DNA of 12,733 nucleotides from a virus (Duplodnaviria; Heunggongvirae; Uroviricota; Caudoviricetes): IMG/VR virus record IMGVR_UViG_2728369554_000005; one strand, 5' to 3'. Shown piece by piece: positions 7,356 to 12,733 of this stretch (position 1 is its first letter; each line of letters starts with the position of its first letter). The notes under the pieces were generated by a model. It saw only the letters and a program-made list of their open reading frames with translations, ran no database searches and was not told where the DNA came from. The position numbers and the translations under genes were made by a program.

Positions 7356-8005
7356 GCCGCCATCTCCCTGACCAGTTTTTCCGCCTGCTGGCGAACCTGC
7401 GCCAGAAACGCCTCACCACATGCCTCAAGTTCATCGCGCCCGATGTAGCTGATTGCCGGTCCCTTCCAGGTCTTGTCAAAAACAGCAATAGCACCAGCGA
7501 AAAAAGCTCCTGTCGGCACCTGCTTCTCGTCCTTCGGGATAAACCAGGCAGGCAGTTCAAAACCAATACGCCCGCGAATAAAAGCAATATGATCTGCATC
7601 TTCCGGCCACCACACTTCGCTGGTGGCAGCTTTGATCAGGAAAACATATCGCCCGCCTTTATCACGCATGGCACTGGCATGTTTCATGATGTAACGCATG
7701 CCGGTGATGTATTGCCCCTCATGCTGACTGGCGCGGCTGTATGGAGGATTTCCAAAGGCAGCACCTTTAAGCTCCGCAAGACGTTCTGACCAGTCATGCG
7801 CCAGCGCGTTGTCTTCCGCCGTGTAATACGCAGCACATTTGGCGTTATCACCGTCAGTGAACAGATCCAGAACAAACGGGCCAAACAGGGTGTTAATTCC
7901 CCAGAAAATGTTGTCCGGCGTGCGCCACTGATCGCCCACTTCCTTCAGTTCATGGGTTGGTTTGTTCCGCAGTTCCACCAGCTCCTGGCAATATTTATTA
8001 CTCAT
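7352..8005 (-). CDS. Phage DNA N6-adenine methyltransferase (Dam-type)
   Basis: Contains the FGNPPY catalytic motif IV. Start set at ATG 8005, which overlaps the stop of the upstream gene (TAATG). The track ORF extends to 8038. Confidence 0.8.
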   Translation of the reverse strand: MSNKYCQELVELRNKPTHELKEVGDQWRTPDNIFWGINTLFGPFVLDLFTDGDNAKCAAYYTAEDNALAHDWSERLAELKGAAFGNPPYSRASQHEGQYITGMRYIMKHASAMRDKGGRYVFLIKAATSEVWWPEDADHIAFIRGRIGFELPAWFIPKDEKQVPTGAFFAGAIAVFDKTWKGPAISYIGRDELEACGEAFLAQVRQQAEKLVREMAA

Positions 8006-8499
8006 TAAGCCCCCACGTAATTCCCTGACAGATACCACTCATCACCAGATACAGCGCGCTTGCTGCTTTTCCGTAAACACTGCTCACGACGCGCCAGAAA
8101 ATTGTTTCGTTCTGGCTGGGAGTGGCTTTCACGGAATGCCGCCATCCACACCGTTGCAGCACGACGGTATAAGCCCCTGGACTCCAGTTCTTCCGCCTGG
8201 CGGGTCAGGCACAAAATCACCCGGGGATCGTTAGTGCCGACATAGAAATTGCGCACAGGTCTGGTTTCACGAACTGGTTGTGGTTCCGGCTCCTGCGCTC
8301 TCTCAGTCAGGCGTGGGAAATGTCTGCGTGTATCTCCTTCACAACGGTGAGCCACACGCCCACTCTGACGTAACTTGCTTGCTGACTGCAGAACGCGCTG
8401 CCGTGAGTAACCTGCAAAAGCATCCGCAATGTCTCCGGAAGTACAGCCCGGATGGGCTTCAATGAATTTCTGAACGTCATTCAAAAGACTCATAATCAC
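8005..8499 (-). CDS. Putative PerC/Pch-family transcriptional regulator-like protein
   Basis: 164 aa. The segment AEELESRGLYRRAATVWMAAF...RREQCL resembles the PerC-family core (KGLWRRAA...W). The N-terminal half looks like a winged-helix domain. Assignment is from motif memory only. Confidence 0.45.
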   Translation of the reverse strand: MIMSLLNDVQKFIEAHPGCTSGDIADAFAGYSRQRVLQSASKLRQSGRVAHRCEGDTRRHFPRLTERAQEPEPQPVRETRPVRNFYVGTNDPRVILCLTRQAEELESRGLYRRAATVWMAAFRESHSQPERNNFLARREQCLRKSSKRAVSGDEWYLSGNYVGA

Positions 8500-9503
8500 C
8501 CCCTGAATCCTGCCGGGATCTGGCTGTAGTCCACGTTGTCGTAACTGGATTTGAAGTACGGGTCTTCGCGTTTTTCGGTGTACGTGCTTACGGACGGCGA
8601 TAAGCGCAGGGAAAGCTCATCCCATTTTTCCCGCAGCTTCGACGGGCTGAGCACGTTACGGCACCAGNNNNNNNNNNNNNNNNNNNNNNNNNNNNNNNNN
8701 NNNNNNNNNNNNNNNNNNNNNNNNNNNNNNNNNNNCCCATCCTGTACACACATCAGGCGAATTTCGTTTGCCCAGGCTGTCCAGTTCGGTTCTTTAGGAC
8801 GTACCACTTCGCCGTCACATTCGGCGGCCTGCTCGTACAGAGCGATGATTTTTTTCCAGAGCCACTGTGCGCAGGTCAAATCATCCTGCGTTCCCCACTG
8901 GCGCTTTTTAGGGCTGAATACAACCGCATCAGGATGGCGAGTTAAAAAATCCTGTTCAGCCATCTGCGTGTCCGGTTGCGAAGCGTCCGGACGAGAAGAG
9001 GTTTTATTCTCTGTAGTAATCTCTGTTGTATTCTCTGTAAGATCATTGGGCCATTTTGACCCGATGACAGCGTGTCGTTTTGAACCAATGGATCGTGTCA
9101 TTTTGCGCTCATCCATCAGGTCACTTTGACCCGATGGAGAGGTGCATTTTGACCTGATGGATTCGTTCACTTTGACCTCTTCTAAAAGCTCACTTTCATA
9201 GTTGATCGTGTAGAAGTTGGTCATGTCACGCTTCGATTTATTGAGTTGCTCGCGACGCAAAACCCCAAGTGATTTCAGGCTTGCAAATGTGCGTTTCAGA
9301 GTGGACTCTGACCAGAACGGAAACTGCTCCAGCCACTGTTCTGTCGTGTTATAAACCCAGCGAATTCCGCCATGCTCAGTGCCTGAATTCGTTTCATTCA
9401 GCCAGTAATGAAGCTGCTGCAACACAATTGCCTCATTCAGACCAATACGGCATGCAAGATCACGATTTATCACAATGGGCTGGGATGTCATTAACAGGCT
9501 CAT
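8496..9503 (-). CDS. Replication initiator (lambda O-analogous, origin-binding) with internal iteron array; interrupted by N gap
   Basis: 335 aa ORF in the O position downstream of cro/cII-position genes. It contains a 23-bp-period direct-repeat array in its coding sequence, as lambda ori lies within O. 68 N inside the gene make the C-terminal third uncertain. Confidence 0.6.
   Translation of the reverse strand: MSLLMTSQPIVINRDLACRIGLNEAIVLQQLHYWLNETNSGTEHGGIRWVYNTTEQWLEQFPFWSESTLKRTFASLKSLGVLRREQLNKSKRDMTNFYTINYESELLEEVKVNESIRSKCTSPSGQSDLMDERKMTRSIGSKRHAVIGSKWPNDLTENTTEITTENKTSSRPDASQPDTQMAEQDFLTRHPDAVVFSPKKRQWGTQDDLTCAQWLWKKIIALYEQAAECDGEVVRPKEPNWTAWANEIRLMCVQDGXXXXXXXXXXXXXXXXXXXXXXXWCRNVLSPSKLREKWDELSLRLSPSVSTYTEKREDPYFKSSYDNVDYSQIPAGFRG
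8668..8735. other. Assembly gap (68 N)
   Basis: Run of n characters inside the replication initiator gene. Confidence 1.
9045..9182. repeat. Iteron array (putative phage replication origin)
   Basis: About six direct repeats of consensus ca(c/t)tttgacc(c/t)gatgg at roughly 23-bp spacing (starts near 9052, 9076, 9099, 9122, 9145, 9168), one containing the inverted motif ccatcagg. Adjacent AT-rich tctctgt repeats at about 9008-9040. Confidence 0.7.
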
Positions 9504-9512
9504 GACCGACCT

Positions 9513-9851
9513 CTATTTCCCTGAATTTACGACGAAACTGTTCGAGCGGACTGAAGCATTCATGTTCATAGCCTTCACGGAGGTAGATAACCCGTTGTGT
9601 TTCCGGCTCCCAACGAATGACTCTGACGGGCACTCCGTAGTGATCTTTGAACCAGCGGTTAACTTGTCGCAAAGGACTGTCTCCTTCTGCCGGTTGAAAT
9701 CACCCACAGCCCACTCTGCAAAGCTGTGGGTTACAATTTCCCTGTCACCTGGTACATTCACTGCATAGCAATACTCCACCTTCGCTTTTCCACCCGGTAC
9801 AGGAAGTGCAATCAGTTGCGAACGACGGTAGTGTGTTGTTAAACTGTTCAT
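9513..9851 (-). CDS. Hypothetical early-operon protein
   Basis: 112 aa ORF packed between the cII-position gene (ATGA start/stop overlap at 9848-9851) and the replication gene (9 nt spacing). No recognisable motif. Confidence 0.45.
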   Translation of the reverse strand: MNSLTTHYRRSQLIALPVPGGKAKVEYCYAVNVPGDREIVTHSFAEWAVGDFNRQKETVLCDKLTAGSKITTECPSESFVGSRKHNGLSTSVKAMNMNASVRSNSFVVNSGK

Positions 9852-10438
9852 GCGTTAGTTTCTCCACAACCAGAAGCAATCGACGCCACGGCGCCCGGAG
9901 CTGCACACTCGCGGGCGTTACTCTTTTCTGGAGCGCAAAAGATTTTGTAGACCAGTGCTGCATGCTCCTGGAGCTTCGAAATTGACAGATACAACTCATC
10001 ATTAATTGCTGTCTGCTCGTGTGGCTCCACTACCCCATCTTCGATTGCCGAACGAATCTGCTTTGAGTAACTCCCGATCTGTTCGATGACTTCCAGCAGG
10101 CGCTGGTTAATATCGGCGTTGTCCACATCCTCGACGTCAGGAAGAGACACAAAGACGCCATTTGCAGACTGCGCCACAGCATCAGCAATGAAGTGAGTGC
10201 CACCAGCACGCTGTAAAACCATTGCCCATCCCAGCGGGAAAATCTGATCGCCATCAGCACGAAGGCGGTTAAATAATGCGTTCTCTGTTACATCCAGCCA
10301 GTCAGCTGCTTCAGCGTAACCACCCGGCAACGTTGCGATAGTTTTTCTGACAGCTTTCACGTACCACTCAGGCTGTTTTTCTACTTTCCAGTGATGCTTA
10401 CCCACGGCTATCTCCTTAAAACTGTGGTTACTTTCCAT
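9848..10438 (-). CDS. cII-position early regulatory protein (putative HTH protein)
   Basis: 196 aa ORF immediately downstream of cro with an 11-nt overlap. HTH-like segment [28 protein letters not shown]. Family not confidently recognised. Confidence 0.45.
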   Translation of the reverse strand: MESNHSFKEIAVGKHHWKVEKQPEWYVKAVRKTIATLPGGYAEAADWLDVTENALFNRLRADGDQIFPLGWAMVLQRAGGTHFIADAVAQSANGVFVSLPDVEDVDNADINQRLLEVIEQIGSYSKQIRSAIEDGVVEPHEQTAINDELYLSISKLQEHAALVYKIFCAPEKSNARECAAPGAVASIASGCGETNA

Positions 10439-10676
10439 CTGATAAGTCTTTAATCTTTTGAAAAATATCTGGACGTAATTTTTCTTTTGATACGCCAGTG
10501 GTCATTTCAATAAATATCGAGAGCTTTGCAGGGGGACGCTTTTCTCTGTTCAACCAGTTCCAGACATGTTGTTGCTTTACTAAACGACCACTGCTGGCTG
10601 TGAGCTTCCGAGCCAATTCTGATTGACCACCAGCCAGAGCGATTGCCTCTGATAAGGCTAATTGCTCAGGTGTCAT
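10428..10676 (-). CDS. cro: Cro-like HTH repressor (YdaS/Cro family)
   Basis: 82 aa, divergent from cI across an operator-rich intergenic region. HTH LSEAIALAGGQSELARKLTASSGRLVKQQHVWNW. SD aggag upstream of the ATG. Confidence 0.75.
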   Translation of the reverse strand: MTPEQLALSEAIALAGGQSELARKLTASSGRLVKQQHVWNWLNREKRPPAKLSIFIEMTTGVSKEKLRPDIFQKIKDLSDGK

Positions 10677-10813
10677 AGCTTTCTCCTATCTGTAAGTAGT
10701 AAAGTTGTTGATAACTTCGATTATACAACTACAACAACTTTTATCACAACTTTTAGATGTTGGAAAGCTAAAACATAAAGTTGTAACCTCAATAAAAACG
10801 AGGGGGATATGTT
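10677..10813. promoter_or_regulatory. OR-type operator/promoter region (divergent pR for cro and pRM for cI)
   Basis: Repeated half-site AAGTTGT/ACAACTT at least four times, including the palindrome AAGTTgttgatAACTT. Minus-strand perfect TATAAT (about 10725-10720) upstream of cro. Plus-strand TTAGAT, 17-nt spacer, TAAAGT (about 10753-10781) upstream of cI. Confidence 0.7.
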
Positions 10814-11500
10814 GTGAAAACATTGGCAGAAAGACTAAAAAGCGAAAGAGAAAAAGCAGGAATGAGTCAGGCGCAACTAGCTGAAAAAATTGGGCTTTCA
10901 CAACAATCCGTAGCGAAAATCGAGAATGGAGAAACTCAACAGCCTCGGAAAATTAAAGAGATTGCTAAAGTGTTAGGGGTTTCTCAAAAGTGGTTGCAAT
11001 TGGGCATTGAGGATAACGCGTCTTTCCCAGACCTTGTTGTAAAGGAGGCTGAAAGTACAGCATTAGATCCTGACATTTTTGCAAACATTCCAGTCCTAGA
11101 TGTCGAGTTATCAGCGGGTAATGGATGTTTGGCTGAAATAGTTGAATCAACTGTAGACTGGTTCCCGCTAAGAAGGATTGATTTAAGAAAAGCTGGTGTA
11201 TGTGTCTCCAATGCAAAGATCGTAAAAATTTGGGGCAATAGTTTACTACCTGTACTTAACAATGGAGATTTTGTTGCTGTTGATGTTTCCCAAACGGTTC
11301 CTATTCGTGATGGGGATCTTTATGCCATACGTGATGGCGTATTACTTAGAGTTAAAATATTGATCAATTTACCTGACGGTGGTCTGATTCTAAGAAGTTT
11401 CAATAAAGATGAGTATCCAGATGAAATACTCACCTTCGAAGATAGGCGTTCCAGAATTCACGTTATAGGTAGAGTATTCTGGTCATCGCGCACTTGGTAA
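10814..11500 (+). CDS. cI: cI-type prophage repressor (HTH_XRE N-domain plus S24 LexA-like autopeptidase C-domain)
   Basis: GTG start with SD gaggggg. N-terminal HTH (MSQAQLAEKIGLSQQSVAKIENGE). C-terminal domain with Ala-Gly cleavage site (LSAGNG), Ser nucleophile (GNSLLP) and Lys (LRVK) in LexA-like spacing. Confidence 0.9.
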   Translation: MKTLAERLKSEREKAGMSQAQLAEKIGLSQQSVAKIENGETQQPRKIKEIAKVLGVSQKWLQLGIEDNASFPDLVVKEAESTALDPDIFANIPVLDVELSAGNGCLAEIVESTVDWFPLRRIDLRKAGVCVSNAKIVKIWGNSLLPVLNNGDFVAVDVSQTVPIRDGDLYAIRDGVLLRVKILINLPDGGLILRSFNKDEYPDEILTFEDRRSRIHVIGRVFWSSRTW

Positions 11501-11690
11501 TGCATCAAAAAACCTTCCTTCAGAAATTTAGTTACCATTATTACCCGCCTTTTCAATCTTCCTCCCGTGATTTGAGAGTTTCCAATCACGGAAGGAAAGT
11601 GTCCCTTGTGTAATTAAAAGCGCATCGTCCATACAACCTCCTTTTTTGATAACCCTTGCCCTCATTTCACATCCGTCAAAACCACATAAA

Positions 11691-11730
11691 GTTGTTGACA
11701 ACAACCAAAACAACAACTAGATTACAACTT
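11691..11730 (+). promoter_or_regulatory. OL-type operator with candidate pL promoter
   Basis: Perfect 15-bp palindrome GTTGTTGACAACAAC (11691-11705) containing -35 TTGACA (11695-11700), 17-nt spacer, then -10 TAGATT (11718-11723). Further ACAACTT half-sites follow, sharing the OR motif. Confidence 0.6.
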
Positions 11731-11855
11731 AAAGATATTGCAGTAACGAACAGGCAGGACGCCCACGAAGTAGCCGCCTGGGGCATATGAAGTCCAGGAT
11801 GATTCGTTGAGTCATGTTGTGCCACTAGGCACTCATGTTAAAGCAGGTGTATGAA

Positions 11856-12131
11856 ATGAAAGTCCAGATTTTAAACAATAACTGTGAAGTCGTTTGGTCA
11901 TACGACATAGCCGCCCCTGTAGATCAGAGCGGCGATAGCTGGACCAATGGGAAACATCAGATTATGGCTGGAGTTGTGTTCTCTTTACGCCGTGCTTTGG
12001 AACAGGCTGAAGTATTTCCATCAGACCCTGAATGGAAATGGCCTTTTTCTATTTGTCCAAATTCGGAGAGCACATTTCAGAAAATTGGTCAGAAAGTCGC
12101 ACTCGAAGAGCATCAGCCAACTGTTTCCTGA
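11856..12131 (+). CDS. Hypothetical protein, first ORF downstream of candidate pL (not N-like)
   Basis: ATG at 11856 with SD aggtg 7 nt upstream; the track ORF begins at 11835. No Arg-rich motif. Overlaps a convergent minus-strand ORF by about 83 nt, so one of the two may be spurious. Confidence 0.35.
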   Translation: MKVQILNNNCEVVWSYDIAAPVDQSGDSWTNGKHQIMAGVVFSLRRALEQAEVFPSDPEWKWPFSICPNSESTFQKIGQKVALEEHQPTVS

Positions 12132-12294
12132 TTTTTTCAGGTAACTCGTCGGCATCGCAGAAACAACAACGCTCGATCATGTTGAAAGCCGATTCGTAGA
12201 ACTGTTTCTGCTGAGTGTCGCTGAGACAGGAAAAGAGCGACGTTACGATGATTTTATTAATTGCATTATCAAGTTCTTTTTCATCAAAAGTCAT
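12049..12294 (-). CDS. Hypothetical protein (convergent to the pL-proximal ORF)
   Basis: 81 aa ORF with a good SD (aaggaaaa) 5-8 nt upstream of the ATG. Helical-looking sequence with a CCFC motif. No family recognised. Confidence 0.4.
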   Translation of the reverse strand: MTFDEKELDNAINKIIVTSLFSCLSDTQQKQFYESAFNMIERCCFCDADELPEKIRKQLADALRVRLSDQFSEMCSPNLDK

Positions 12295-12399
12295 TTGATT
12301 TTCCTTTTATGTATACGGGCTTAAAAGGATACCACCGAGCCTGAAGTGGTGAAAAGACAGGCACATAACAGCTAAGTATTTTCAACCAGAGAGAATCCT

Positions 12400-12733
12400 T
12401 AGCGTTGTGGTGAATGCGGCTCAGCGCACGCGGGTTAAGGTTGAGGCTGACAGTCGACCTTCTGTGGATACCCACCCGTCTGGTGTGCAACCTTCGCCAG
12501 GCACCGGGAGGCACCCGGCACCACAACTTTATGCTGTGTGTAGTCCTGGCGGTACCAGTTTGTACCCTTGCTTCCGGCTGGTACCGTCCTTTTTACAAAA
12601 CAGAGAAGAGCATCACCGGACGACGGGCTCATAACCCAATCCATCCGGGCGGCTACCACCGCAGGTGTTCTTCTCTGTTTTGTGGAGAAACCAACCGACC
12701 TTGCAGGGTCGATATGATGAGGAGCAGCAAAAT
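12400..12733. other. GC-rich structured non-coding region (candidate ncRNA or recombination site), continuing past the window edge
   Basis: Three mutually overlapping short ORFs in different frames, none protein-like. Nested inverted repeats: cggtaccag (12550-12558) / ctggtaccg (12578-12586), and a 14-bp perfect pair caaaacagagaaga (12596-12609) / tcttctctgttttg (12669-12682) flanking a GC-rich 59-nt segment. Confidence 0.3.

Larger units (their letters stand above)
1..12733. mobile_element. Lambdoid prophage segment (immunity, replication/nin, Q, late-region toxin cargo, lysis cassette)
   Basis: Colinear lambda-like gene order on the minus strand with a divergent cI-type repressor on the plus strand; tight packing and start/stop overlaps typical of phage operons. 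Confidence 0.9.

Noticed and set aside
7087-7789. Long ORFs 7087-7599 (minus) and 7208-7789 (plus)
   Set aside because: They lie in alternative frames or on the opposite strand of the well-supported LexA-like and Dam genes; sequences are Arg/Ser-rich and not protein-like.
8551-9129. 192 aa plus-strand ORF spanning the N gap
   Set aside because: Antisense to the replication initiator, reads through unknown bases, and shows iteron-derived repetitive sequence rather than protein features.
9045-9182. Direct-repeat array as a CRISPR array
   Set aside because: Repeats are about 23 bp apart with no spacers of CRISPR length, are imperfect, lie inside a coding region, and match the iteron pattern of phage origins.
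9460-9672. 70 aa minus-strand ORF overlapping the replication gene start
   Set aside because: Out of frame with and overlapping two tightly packed neighbours (9513-9851 and the initiator); the 9513-9851 ORF fits the operon spacing, so this one is likely spurious.
11528-11716. 62 aa minus-strand ORF between cI and pL
   Set aside because: Its start overlaps the OL palindrome and promoter, with no SD; the region is more likely cI 3' UTR and operator DNA.
12284-12659. Three overlapping 74-80 aa ORFs in the GC-rich right edge
   Set aside because: Mutually overlapping in different frames with Arg/Pro-rich, non-protein-like composition; interpreted as structured non-coding sequence.

Overview
This window is a segment of a lambdoid (lambda-like) prophage, almost certainly from an enterobacterial host. 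Most genes run on the minus strand in classic early-right to late order: cro-like, a cII-position gene, an iteron-containing replication initiator, a nin-like block (PerC-like regulator, Dam-type methyltransferase, LexA-DBD protein, RusA, KilA-N protein, DUF968/HNH protein), a Q antiterminator, then a lysis cassette (pinholin, DUF1327 gene, SAR endolysin, Rz/Rz1). A cI-type repressor sits divergently on the plus strand, flanked by operator/promoter repeats. The main finding is an AT-rich two-gene cargo between Q and the holin that encodes a pertussis-toxin-like AB5 toxin (ArtAB/PltAB-like): an SubB/ArtB-type B subunit followed by an S1-type ADP-ribosyltransferase A subunit. It occupies the position stx holds in Stx phages, so expression is probably coupled to prophage induction. 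Other points worth follow-up are a candidate small RNA between toxin and holin, and a GC-rich structured non-coding region at the right edge. Two runs of N (5765-5900, 8668-8735) are assembly gaps that truncate three genes. All family assignments rest on motifs I recognise by eye; no searches were run, and hand-called non-coding coordinates are accurate to a few bp only.
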